Below are positions 40,824 to 52,677 of a stretch of DNA of 64,000 bases, piece by piece. Below the pieces are notes generated by a model. The model did not search any database, was not told the origin of the DNA, and saw only the letters and a list, made by a program, of their open reading frames with translations. Source of the DNA: Oikopleura dioica (Eukaryota > Animalia > Chordata); assembly GCA_907165135.1 (NCBI GenBank), contig OU015568.1, positions 2,046,001-2,110,000 of the forward strand, in the 5' to 3' direction. A program made the position numbers and the translations under genes. Every line of letters begins with the position of its first letter. Within the stretch, counting starts at the first letter, position 1.

Positions 40824-43800
40824 TCAAACAGATACGAAAAACTTTCTATCATAGCACCAGTAGGCGTAAATTGTCCAAAGAAAAGGTCCCATGAATGCCA
40901 TTAGCATTTCTTCGCTGTGGCTCTGGTACTTAGGGTTCCAGGTGAAGGGGATACGATAGCCAGCGATGATGTGAAGCAGATAGATGAGGATTGAGTTCAT
41001 TCCGACAAAATAGCATGGCGCTCCGTCCCACCAGTCTCTAACATCTAGAATAAGCAGATGAAGCAGTGTTTTCTATGACAAAATTACCAATAATGAAGTA
41101 AAGGAAGGCCAAAAGCAGGAATGCCATGCTAGAAAGCACGAAAACAAACGAAACACTCCACAAATTCTTATTTATCGGAACAATCGCTTCAGCAATTTTT
41201 CCATACCTTAAGAAAATAAAAAAATTTTTCGATAAAAATGAACCTCTCGTCATATTCAAGACCAATTGTAGCGAGCAGCATCCCCGCGATTCCGTAGACA
41301 AAAGCGAGTCCAAGAAGATGAATAATAATCTTTTTCGGCTCCTTGAATATATCGAAGCATTTTCCTGCCTGGAGACCAAGATACACCATGAAAATAGAAG
41401 TCAATGTCCCAAGAATGCCTTCGGGATCGTAAGGAATGCCATTCGGCTCGTCATCGAAGCGGTAGTAAACGTTATAAGCAGTCGGCCAGTTGTATAAGTG
41501 CTTTTCCCCGAGAAGTTTTCTGTCGATGTACCCAGCTGCGCCGCCAATGCAATCATAGTATTTGCCATTCTCGGACAAACCTCCAGGACCAGTATACCCA
41601 GTTGGACAGTTTGGGACAGGAAGCAAATAGGTGACGGAAAGAAAGGTGCCGAGAATGCACCAGTTGATCAGATGTTCGGGGAAATAGAGCTTTGAGCAGG
41701 TAAAAGAAGTTTTTTTCAAATAGTTTTTTGATAAAAAATGAAATCAAAATTTCTTTAACCCATCCCTTGAATTGTCCAAAGGTAGTTGTTGGTTCCTCAT
41801 CTGGATGAACAATCACCAATAAATGAATAATCGCAACGACGAAGTACGAGAACCCAATCCTCTGCAAAACCCCCGGAAATCGAAAGTACTCCCAGGACTC
41901 ATTCCCGCCAATGGTGATCATTCCCAACCCAATGAGTTTGACAGATCGGACGAGAATTTCATAGCTGATTTCTGTCTTGGAAACGCCTCGTTTAATCCTT
42001 GATAGAAGCGCGATTCGGATCGAGACGCCGGACATGAACAAAAACCAAGGCATGACCAAGTCAGCGAGAGTGAGTCCGTTCCAGGGTACATGTTCCATGA
42101 ACCAGTATTCTTAGGCTTACCGGACTTAATTTCGGCCCATTTTTCTAACTTAGTTGGAGGGTCATAAGATACAGTTTTAGAAAGCCCAGAAACTGGGCTT
42201 TCATTTGGGCACCATATAAAGGGGTTTGGGTTATGCCCGCAAGGCAATCCATGGGACCTGAAAGTTCTAAACCGCCTTCGAAAAATAGTTTTAAGTGTTC
42301 TAGTGCCAATTTTGGAACTTTAGGTCCCATGAATTGGCTTGCGGGCATGATCCAGACCCCTTATATGGTGCCCAAATGAAAGCCCAGTTTCTGGGCTTCT
42401 TAAAACTGTATCATATGACCCTCCAACTAAGTTAGAAAAATGGGCCGAAATTTAGTCCGGTAAGCCTAAGTATTCTCCACCGCCATAGTTGACGAATATC
42501 ATGATGATCAACGACAACCCTCTCAAAGTATCCAAAGACTTGTACCGCTTCTTTTTCGCTGGCGCGGGAGCTGGTGTAGGCGCGACTTTTTCTTCCTCAG
42601 TTTTTTCATTGTTTTCATTATCGGCATATGGATTTTGAGCATCTTCACTGATTTCTTCGGCAGAAGTTGCTCTTCGTCGACGGATGTTGTACCAAATGAG
42701 ATAGATTGAAAATGGGATGAAGACAACAAGGACTTTTTTTGTCTTTTTATTTTCAGTGACTCGAGTACTCTGTTATTCACCTCTATCAGATATTTATAGC
42801 GCTTGAGTTGTGGGCTTACAGCACTAAATGTAAAGTGCGAAATTCATACTTGAATCGTTGTTCTGTAATAAATCATAAATTGGCTTCCAAGAGCGCACCA
42901 AGTATAAAAAGATGATCGCGTCAAATTTTGATATCCAACTCGAGATGAAATTAGTACTTCTCTATTTCCTAGCGGTTACTTTTTCAGTTCGACTGATCGG
43001 GCGGCCAAATGCTTATGTTTTGAACCTGTTCTACAACGAGTGCATTCAAGCGTCAAACCATCACCAACAGATCCCGCTTGATGATTTTGAAACATTGGAA
43101 TCGATCGAGAACTTTTGTAGGTCTCTCTTCTTGAATTACAAGTTGAGAAAGTAAAGCATTTATCTGCCAAAAAAAATATATTTTTAAAAACCTTACTGCC
43201 ATGATTCCTGAATATTATGCTCGTTGAACTTCAACGGAAGCCATGAATAACAGCCGTTTTCAGCATTTGTCTTGAGAGGTTCGGACACTTGACTAGACTG
43301 ACATTCCTACATTATGTAGGGGCTCAAAAGTGATCATCGAGTATAAAATGAGAGTTGACCGTCGTGTCGGTATCAGTTTCAATCGCAAAATGAAACCTCT
43401 ACTTGCCTTTTTGTGCTTTTTTCCTTTTGTCCTTTCGATGGGACTCAAAGATCAACCAAGTGTTTACGAAATGAGCTCGTTTTACAACGATTGCATTCGA
43501 AGAGCAAAACACCAGCAACAAATCTCACTTGAAGATTTTACTCTGGAAGACATCGAGAATCTTTGTGGCGCTGTTTTCGCGACATATTTTAATGACAACC
43601 CAAAAAGGTTCATTATTTTCCAAAAATAATTATTATTGGTTTCTTTAGCCTGCCGGAACTTATGGACGACTTTGACAACACATTTCATCATGAACGCGAT
43701 TCGACCATTGATTTTGGATTCATGGGAAATTTTCTCAAATAAAGATATCAAAAACATAAAATTATAAAGACATTCCTAGAGTGTAAACTGGATAAAGATA

Positions 43801-44226
43801 GACGGCCGGGCTTCTTCCCTCTTTCCATTGCCGGATCTTCTCCTTCCCATCTTTTTCGAAAACGTACCAACCACCTTCTTTGAAGCTAATGAACCCTGTC
43901 TTGAAATCTGGTTTCGTTTCGTCATCGTATTCCATATCCACCACGCTTTCGTCGGCCATAGCGAATCTCACAGGCCAGCGCATGTCCATTTCTGCCTCCA
44001 TTGGAGCAGTTAAATCCGTTCCGTTTTCGTCAGAAGGATCGAACTTTAGCTCCGACCAGAGGCATTTGTAGCACTCTCGTTGGTGGTAGAAAATTTTTTT
44101 GCCCTCCAAATCAGCTTTTTCGATAAAGATCCAAGACGTGTCCATAAGTACTCTTCTTCCATTAAGAGTTTCTTTGAACGCCAAAGCATTGGGAAGAGAG
44201 ATGAAAAATATGATAAAATTCAGCAT
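40824..44226 (-). CDS. HGSNAT: Heparan-alpha-glucosaminide N-acetyltransferase (coding exon interrupted by a MITE)
   Basis: Luminal ECYKCLWSEL, RYKSLDTLRGLSLIIMIFVNYGGGEY, WNGLTLADLVMPWFLFMSG, RFPGVLQRI, PNCPTGYTGPGG, DPEGILGTLTS. Ends RKFFVSV-stop. Confidence 0.95.
42112..42468. mobile_element. hAT-like MITE (357 bp) with 8-bp TSD inside an HGSNAT coding exon
   Basis: AGTATTCT (42104-42111) | TAGGCTTACCGG ... CCGGTAAGCCTA | AGTATTCT (42469-42476). The arms are near-perfect inverted repeats over most of the element. Confidence 0.95.
42945..43154 (+). CDS. Small secreted 2-Cys protein A, nested antisense in an HGSNAT intron
   Basis: TATAAAA at 42903, signal MKLVLLYFLAVTFS, then FYNECIQ..QQIPLDDFETLESIENFC. 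Clear paralogue of the next gene. A short second exon is possible. Confidence 0.7.
   Translation: MKLVLLYFLAVTFSVRLIGRPNAYVLNLFYNECIQASNHHQQIPLDDFETLESIENFCRSLFLNYKLRK
43390..43742 (+). CDS. Small secreted 2-Cys protein B, nested antisense in an HGSNAT intron (2 exons)
   Basis: TATAAAA near 43341, signal MKPLLAFLCFFPFVLS, then FYNDCIR..QQISLEDFTLEDIENLC. A GT-AG intron leads to SLPELMDDFD...GNFLK-stop with overlapping AATAAA. Confidence 0.75.
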
Positions 44227-45605
44227 GGTTGAACTTCTCTACTTGAAATTCCGTAAACATGGGAGTCGTGTTTGATGACATCGGCAAATATTGACTTGAG
44301 AACTGCAAGTGGTATTTTCTGTATTTATTGAATTTCAAGCATTAGCAGTTAAGAATTGTTAGGCTTTCGAATGAGATTTTATCATCTTAAAATATCTTCA
44401 GCGATTTTGTAAATAAGGGTCTCATTATGTTAATCAAGCTCCTTTATGAACAGCTGTGGACTTTTTTTTTTCATAGAATGATGCTTCTGATTGATTGAAA
44501 AATTCCCGAAAAGTGAAAAAAGCCACAACTTCGTGGTTGGAAACCTTGCGCCGAAAACCACCACCAGCTGCGGCGCCCCCTCTTTGTTCCTTTTGAAACG
44601 AAGCAGTTTTTTTGCTACTCCACGTTTGCCAAAATTAAAAGATCCTCAAAATAGTCCTCGAGATCGTAATTACGAAATTGAACGGTAATCGCTTCCGTGT
44701 TCGCAAAAATAATTGGCGCCACTGAATCCAATCAACGCGGCACCAGGCGCCGGGTCACAAATCAGCCCCGAGCACAATCAGCTCCACCAACTCAGCACTA
44801 AATTTAACCAAAAAATATAACTACACCTTGACTTTGCGCCACCGCAAAATCAACCGCTAGCGGAAAAACATCATCATAATCAGTTAACTTTAGCTATTCA
44901 CGACGATTTTTTATTGAAAATAGAAAAATATGCAAAATCCAATTACTATACAAAAAAAGTAAAAAGGAAAAATTTTTATCTGAAAGGCGGAACACTAAAT
45001 TATAAAGTAATATTTAATTAAAAAATAATTTTTTAACATAAAATATTAAATTATCAAAAAAAAATAATTTGCTAAAATCGGAAAGCTTGGTTCAATTTTA
45101 ACTAAATAAAATATAATAAATAATATAATAATCATATAATAATATAAATTTTAAAAGGATGATCAGTTAAAGAATTGATCAAGAGAAAATTGCTTTTGAT
45201 TTTGAATAATTGATGATATTTTTTTTTGAAAAATGAAATTTTTCACCGAAGCAAACCACTTATGCAAATCACAAAATCTGCTGAGTGGTAAAGTCAAGTT
45301 CAAGTCTCAAGGGCGCCGCAGGGTGCCCAGCTTCTTATCGGTGTGCCGGGTGCTCCGGTCTGTGTTTTGCGTTGTATTTTCGAGTGGAAGTTATTCGGTG
45401 GAGGCACCACAACGACACGCACCACCACCGCGGAAAAACGAGCCAGTTGTCAGTCAGGTAGAGAAAGATTCACCGCAAAGCCCAGAAACACGACGAGATA
45501 GAAAACGCGGATAGAAATTAAATCACTTAACTCCGGTTTTCAGCACAGAAACAGTCACAGCCAGAGAATACTCAGAACACGAAGAGACTTTCACACTTGT
45601 AGATT

Positions 45606-46756
45606 ATGAGTTGGACAGGATATATCACCGGAGAAGGACAGGGTTTCCGAATTCTTTTCAATAAAGAATATTTTTTGTCGTTTTATTTACATAAAAATTG
45701 TCATCTTTAAGGAAAATTCGTCTTATTAAAACCTTAAAATAATGAAATTGAAGGCTTCTGATAAGCTAGAATTTTTCGGTCATTACTCTTTTTGAATTTT
45801 TATTTTTTAAATAGCCTTTATGATCGTTGAAATTTCTGAAAAGGTAAAAAATACTCATAATTTTTGAAAAAATAAGGGCACTTACGCCCATTTTTGTTTT
45901 GAGATTTTCGTGAACCCTATAAAAAGGAGGACTTTTGGCACAGTACAACCGAATCGCCTGTGCCGGTATTTTCGGCAAGAATGGATCAACCTATGCTCAG
46001 GCTGGCATGGACCATGTCCAGACAAATTACACCGAGATCCTTTCCCTTGCCGCTCTTTTCACTGATCCAGCTTCAGGGTAAGATTCATTGCTTTATGAAA
46101 TTCGGGATGGGTTGGGGCCCTCCTCAACACGTAGGGCAGTGTTTTGAGAAAAGCAGGGCCCGCCCGGTTGGTGGAGCACGTTTTGTTTGGCAGTACGTGA
46201 CCAGAAAGGGCGGAACATGGTAATCGGTGACGTCAATTCGACTCAAGAAGAGATTATCCGGAAGCCACGGCCCAAGGCCCGCGCTTGTCCAAACCCCCTT
46301 TCGGGGTCATTGTATAATGAAATCGAATACTGAATCCGATCCTGGGCGGGTCGCAGTGTACGCAAAATTCACGAGGGTCAGATTTTGACTCAAAAATACA
46401 TTGATGAGATCATTAATCTGATCTTTTATTTTCGAACTCTAACCCAAACCGAAATTTTTCTTAGCTATTTATGGTCTTAAAAATCGATGTCTGCTTTTGG
46501 TATTTTTTTTTTTAATTTTATTTTTTTTAGATTCTCGTCTGGAATTGAATTCAACGGCAAGTCATTCGCTCTCCTTCGAGTTGAAGACAAAATCCTGCAC
46601 GCGAAAGGAAAGGGAGAAGGAGCCATGTACCCAATGACCGTCCAAATGACGCAGCAGGCTATGGTCATCGCAATCGGACATCACGACGCCTTCGCTGGCT
46701 CCGTTTCCGCTGCTGTTGGTAAAATCGCCGACTATTTAGAAGATAACGGATTCTAA
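45606..46756 (+). CDS. PFN: Profilin (3 exons)
   Basis: MSWTGYITG..; IACAGIFGKNGSTYA; GFSSGIEFNGKSFALLR..; AMVIAIG...VGKIADYLEDNGF-stop. Confidence 0.9.
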
Positions 46757-47240
46757 GAAGTCATCAGGTTCATGATTCTTATTTTCTTGTTCTAGTTATA
46801 AATTATTCTAGTGCTTTGGCCAACATTTAAATTTTCACAATTTCGTCTTTCCAAATTTGAAATCAGCAATAGCATTTTTATGGTCAAAATAAATGTTTTT
46901 TTTTACCAGCGAAGTCTTTCTTTTGAACATTTGAACCATTTACCCAATTAGCTCTGCGAGCAAACGTAATAAGTCCCACCATTATTTTAAAAAACTTTCT
47001 CTCTGTTAATTTTATCCTCCTGTTTAAAGAGTTCCTCCTTATTAAAATTTTATTCCCGGACAATTATAAAGCTGTCCGATGTCCACTTAGTCAATCTTTA
47101 TCTGTCGATTGTGTTTATTTTTACAATTATACTCGTGCAAGTGTCTTTTAATCCTTCAAACTTGCTGCCCAACAAATGAAAAATCATAAAAAATTTGAAA
47201 TAAAAATTAAAAAATAAACCCTTTGGCCTTTTTTATTAAT

Positions 47241-48646
47241 TCAGATCATCCGACAAAACTCATCAGTTACTTCAAAAATAACAGGATTGTAAAAGTGCTC
47301 TCCGTGACTGCCGATTTCGGTAACATTTTCGATCTCTTCTTCTTTATCGAGATCGATTCTTTGAATTGGATACTGGTACTCCCATGCGATTTCTGTATCT
47401 CCTCGTCCGCCAAAAATGTAGACAGAGGAGTCGATTGATAAAACAGAACCATAGGCAACGCTCTAAATAGATTTTATTGACTTTCTCCATAAATTCATTG
47501 ATTAACTGACCTTTTGTAAATCTCCAACGAGACTCCACTCTTCTGAGTTTAGCAGCCAAATATCCGTAACATAATCATCTGTTTGTCTTTTGTACCCTCC
47601 GACCATCATCAATGCTCCACTCGGCAAGCCAATCAAGTTATGCGCATGGATATTGCTTAAATTAAAAACTAAGTAATATTTGGAAAACTTTTGGTGCCTT
47701 GGGTGATCAGATTGTCGAATCCAACTGCCGTCCTCTGCCAACGATTCAACCTTACTGTATCCATCAGTAGAAGAGCTGCTAACAGTCGTTGGTCTGCCAT
47801 GGTAATAACCAAGAGATCCGTGTCGATGACCAAATGTTGTAGAGGAAACGGAATTGACTGCAGAGCCTGTGAAAAGATTGCACTTGTTCTCAGAGTTTGT
47901 TCCAAAGCATATGAGTACTATAATCAAAATGAGTCACGGAAAACTGCAATGAATTAACCGTGGTCGTCGTTGATGGCTGTCAAAGCCGCAGTACCAACGT
48001 AGGCTTCTATACTCAGCCTCATATGAAGCTCTTTGAACTCACATCCATCCAATTGAGCAACCTTAAACGGTTTTGGACTTCAGAATTTTTGTAGCTTTAC
48101 CTTTTTTCTGTCAGAATCGCCGCCAAAAATGAATAATTGGTCACTAAAAATCGCATTTGCTGACCATTTTGCATAGTCATCAGAAGGAGCAGACAAGGAA
48201 TATCCTGGATTTATTAATTTGCCATCACCAGAAATACTGTACGCTTTGCTGAGATACTCTGGAATGACCATAATTTGATGATCAGCTGGAGATTTTTCGG
48301 TGCAAAGTGGATTGTCGCAGTTTTTGCAACCTTCTGGACAACCAACTTCACAGGGGCAAAAGTCATTGCAATCTTCAAATGGCCCATTTGAAATGGGAAA
48401 ATAAACAAACTTGTTCAAAATACCTTGGAAGTTCAAAAGACATAAATTCTGGCATGATGAAGATTCACATTCTTCAGTACAATCGATGTATGAAAGCCGA
48501 CATTGCGAGAGACAGAAATCATTCAATTCAAAATCACTAAAATAGAATAGAATTTAAAACTTAGAATCATCCTTACGGGCAAGTTTCCTCAGCTCGATCT
48601 GGAAAAACTGAAACAAAAAAGATATCAAAAATATTCGAAAGAGCAT
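47241..48646 (-). CDS. Secreted Cys-rich + kelch-like protein (paralogue 3; 1-bp frameshift in exon 1 homopolymer)
   Basis: ..EETCP|GTAAG, CPCEVGCPEGCKNC, QLFIFGGDSD, GSLGYYHGRPTTV, HNLIGLPSGALMMVGG. Ends VIFEVTDEFCRMI-stop. Confidence 0.8.
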
Positions 48647-49227
48647 TTTCTCTGAGGCGATTCTCCGGATGTCTTTATTAATTTGGCACTTGATCTCTTC
48701 TGCGCTTGATGATATTTGCGTTGATGTAAAAGGTACATAAATTATTATCGTTTTGGCGAAAAATCAAGACAAGGTAGAAAAATTTCATTTCAGGCATCAT
48801 TGTCCTTCGTTAAATGTTTTTGCGAAATTATGGATGACTCAATTAAATCATTCTAGGTGAATTTATTTAGGAAACGTTTACATGACAATTTTTTTATTGT
48901 AAAAGCTGGTGATCCCAGAATTGACAAAAAGTCGACGGAAAGCTGACATTTTCTCAACAGAATAGGCATCAGAATGTTTTGAAGCCTCATCAGGAAAGAG
49001 GAGTTTTTAGGTGAACTTTCGCGCTCGCACTAAAAATATTAGCAAAAATTATTTGTTATTCATTAACTGGATTTCATCCTTATTCACATTGCCGTCGCCG
49101 TTGATGATAACAATTTTGGCGCTCGAGTTTTCAGAGCTGCCCTGAGAGAATGGCATTCTTAATTATAGAAACGTTAATAAATAATCAATAACAATTAGTA
49201 ATAAAATCAATCAAGAGCAGAATGAAC

Positions 49228-49430
49228 CGTAGTATGGAAAAATATTTCGGTAAGCTCAGTCCTAGCTAGTGTTAGGGGGGTTCCAAGGGGGCGAAGCCCC
49301 CTGGGTTAGGTGTTTGGGTTAGGAACTAAGTACTTATATTTAAGGGGGGTCCCGGTTAGGTTTTAGGGAAAAACTAAAAGTCTCTTTCAAAGAGGCCCCC
49401 TACTTTACCGAAATATTTATCCCAACTACC
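49228..49430. mobile_element. MITE (203 bp), imperfect ~26-bp TIRs, 8-bp TSD GAATGAAC (Merlin- or hAT-type)
   Basis: GAATGAAC (49220-27) | CGTAGTATGGAAAAATATTTCGGTAA ... TTACCGAAATATTTATCCCAACTACC | GAATGAAC (49431-38). Confidence 0.8.
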
Positions 49431-49458
49431 GAATGAACTTGCTTCGTAAAAATCGAGC

Positions 49459-50206
49459 TCATTTTTTTGCGTGCTCGGCAAATTTGTAGTAATCATGATA
49501 GTAAACGAAATTCTGGATGTTTTTCGGGAGCTTCTTTTTGCAGCATTTTTCGAACAGAACCTTCATAAAATGTTGACAATTTCTGTTCGACCAGCTATAA
49601 AAGATCTAATACTGAAATCATAAATATTTATTACTCATAGTTTTCGTGTGTCCAAGTTTTTTGCATCTCGACGAACGTGTCATAAAAGAGTTCCTTCAAT
49701 TTCTTCCTTTCTTCTGGGTCGTCTGGCAATTTTGCAACTTTATGAAGAGCTAGAAATAAGATTGAGAAATAATATTTTCGTTTGATTTCTTACGGTATTC
49801 GTACCATTCCCTGAAATCCCGATTTTTTCGAACATCTTATGATCATTAATTTCAATTTAATTTCTTACTCATACCGATTTTCACCATTTCTGCACCATTA
49901 TCATTATAATAATATTTAATCGGATAAATGATCAGAGCAACGTGAGTATTCCAGTCACTGCGCGAGAAAAAGGCTCCGATATGAGCGAACCAATTGGTGA
50001 TCCACTCTTCAGTCATCTAAATATTTTTAAGTATCTGTCAAATGATAATATAAGTAAAATAAGATTACGAAAATATAGTCGTCAAGCTCATCGGCATATT
50101 TCTTGATATGATATTTTTTCTGTATTTCTCGTTTGCTTTCCCCGCTTGATGAAGACATTTTAATGAATAATTTCCGCCTTCTAAGGAGATTATATAGGTA
50201 GGTCCC
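49459..50206 (-). CDS. Putative permuted papain-like (PPPDE/LRAT-type NlpC/P60) protein
   Basis: Spliced reading gives ..DWNTHVALII.. (His motif) and ..ENY|DWSNRNCQHFMKVLF (Y-x-x-x-x-x-NCxHF motif). The 5' end is uncertain (an ATG at 50016 is also possible). Confidence 0.55.
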
Positions 50207-50597
50207 CATTATGATTTGCTTGCCGGACAAATAAAAGAGTTCATTAAAAGCAAAGGCACTTCCCCGGAAGAAATGATCGGTCGGAACAAAAACTGTTGAC
50301 CTGTCAAAAAACTTGACAGGTAAGATAAGAAAAAGGAAGTACTGTCAAATATTCCAAAAAGACCCTGTTGCTTTACTCAGTTTCGGCTCACTTCTTTGAT
50401 GATGCTTATGAGATGCTTATGACCCCAAAAGTCATGGTGCATAAGCATTCGGAAGGAGATTTTAAATCATTATCTTTCCAAATAGTCAGTTCTTGACTTG
50501 CTATAATTGACCTGTTTTGTTATCAAAGAAAACTACGCTATTTATCATACAAATTTAATTGATTGGAGAGACGTTAACAGGACAATTATTTTTCTTC

Positions 50598-51815
50598 TCA
50601 AATCGGATGATCCCAGAAGTGACGAAAAAGTCGACAGAATCCGGCCATCTTGGTATTGACGCGCGGACCATATTTCTCTACCAAAAAAGTTGAACAAATA
50701 AGTATTATTTGACCTACAGTGACATCGCAAGAAAGAATATTCGGATGATAATGGCGATTGAGATGAAGATGATTTTTTAAGCTGCATTTGTTGTCGATCT
50801 CTCTCCAGAAAAACGCCTTGCATCTTCGATCTTCCATGCATTTGTCAAAGCATTGAAAGGGGTCTTCGGTCTTGAGTCTCTTAAAACTAAGAAGAACGAG
50901 ATCTTATTCTGAAATAATAACCGTTCCGAACCTCAATCCGGGGATAACGATGTTATGCTGAAAATGGTAGAGCTGAAGGCTCTCCCGTCGTAAATCGATG
51001 AATACTCCCATTTTGTTCGGAATCGTCTGTATTGCTTGATTCTCTGGAAAGTTGAAAAGATCACATCGCGCTTTTTCTGGTTCAAGAAATCACTTTTAAT
51101 AAGAAAAAATCCACTGAACCACTGAACCGTTTCCCGAGTAAAAGCCTCTCAGAACTGAAATCGCGTTGCATCCCTCCTTTCTCTCGCACAAAAGTTTACA
51201 TTCCTTCGGATCCAAGAATCGCTGATTCACGTGATTTTCAAAGGCAAGATCAATCGGAATGATAAAGGAAAAGTTCCAGAAAGCCGCTTGCATCAGCGAA
51301 TTTCGCACGCTTCGATCTGTGTAGTCGAATTGTAGGGCTTTGTCGTTTGTATGAATTGCTGGGTAAGTATCTTCAATAATCGTTGCCACTGGAACAGGAA
51401 CAAGATCCATTGAGGCTCTGAATTCTTCGTCGTGGTAGTCTGCTTCGTACTCTGACGAATAGCTCGATTGAAGTGAAGAATCTCCAGATGATTCATCGAT
51501 TTCTAGAGCTCCTTTTTCTTCAAGCTGCGACTCAATTGTGCCAAGGATTTCCATGATCCTACTGTCGATTTCTTCCATATTGAAAGGAGCTACCGTCAGA
51601 AGAAGAGTGTCGTCGTTAGGGACTTCGAATTCTTGCTCATATGATGGCTGAGTGTGAGCGCTTGCAGTAGGAAAATCTGTAGGTGAGCTTTTGACGTAAT
51701 AAACCAAAATATCTTATAATACTTTTCGTATTTGTTTATGATCATAAGACTTACAGACAGAAGCAAAGACAAGAACAAAGCCACATATCGACGCTGAAAC
51801 TAAAATGCTCTTCAT
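50598..51815 (-). CDS. Secreted protein with acidic/Ser-rich spacer and two PAN/apple domains
   Basis: Signal MKSILVSASICGFVLVFAS; ECKLLCERKEGCNAISV...C and QCFDKCMEDRRCKAFFW..NKCSLK..SC Cys patterns. Confidence 0.7.
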
Positions 51816-52677
51816 GGTGCTTTATTTCACGAGAAAACTCAGTAGGTTGAGCAATTCAGAAGGGTTCATTTTCTTCTCTGTGCAAAGCCCCTAGCTGTTG
51901 CCCACAGAAAATAGCAGAAGGGAACCGTTCTAATCTCATCTGTCAAATAAACTATCCAGTCCCGCAAATTTGCACCTTTTTCTTTCTTTGACCAAAGGTC
52001 GATCTTTGAAAATAGGCAAATATAACAACATTCAAAGAAACTATAATTTTATTAAAATGATAAGCTTTATATATTTATTCTAGATAACAGACATCGGAAG
52101 AAAAGCAAGACGCCCTATTTCTCGTAGACAGCTGTAGCAAATTGGCAAAACTTAAATATGAACTAATAATTCTATAGACTGAAGACCAAAGAAATACAGT
52201 TACTTGTAGATTCGTCCTTTCGCGAAGATAATTTTGACATTGACAGTAGTACACCTGACCTTTTCCCTCGCGCTAATCTGGCTAGTATCAAGTGTTAGAT
52301 TTTTTCATTCCTGGACCAAGCCCTTTTCTCATAGACAAAAGTCGAAAACCACAAAATTAAAATTTAAAGAGAGAAAAATTTCATTCTTTATAGCTGGAAG
52401 TTAGGGTCAGGCCTCGAGGTCAACTCAATTGTTTTATTCTTGAAGGTTGAATTGCACTCGTCCCGGCCCGAGCTTTCAGTTGTCCTCGACGTTCAAATAA
52501 ATGATGAGTTTTACAAAGCAAATGGGATAATTGCGGGTCTTTGTCATAAAAGAAAAGTCAATCTTTGAATACGAAAGTTATGCTCTCTTTGAATGACTTT
52601 CCGCCGGCGGCGCGGTCAAGGCCGAGATGAGCTACTTCCCTGAGCATTATTTTTACACAGAGCATTTGGGAGAATAA

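Noticed and set aside
42145-42348. ORFs within 41918-42348 overlapping the MITE
   Set aside because: They are short frames from a non-coding palindromic element, with no transposase motifs.
42640-42780. Apparent frameshift in HGSNAT giving a DEEQLL dileucine motif
   Set aside because: The alternative frame joined by the GA-AG intron gives a continuous TM1 and runs in frame into RYKSLD, so no frameshift is needed.
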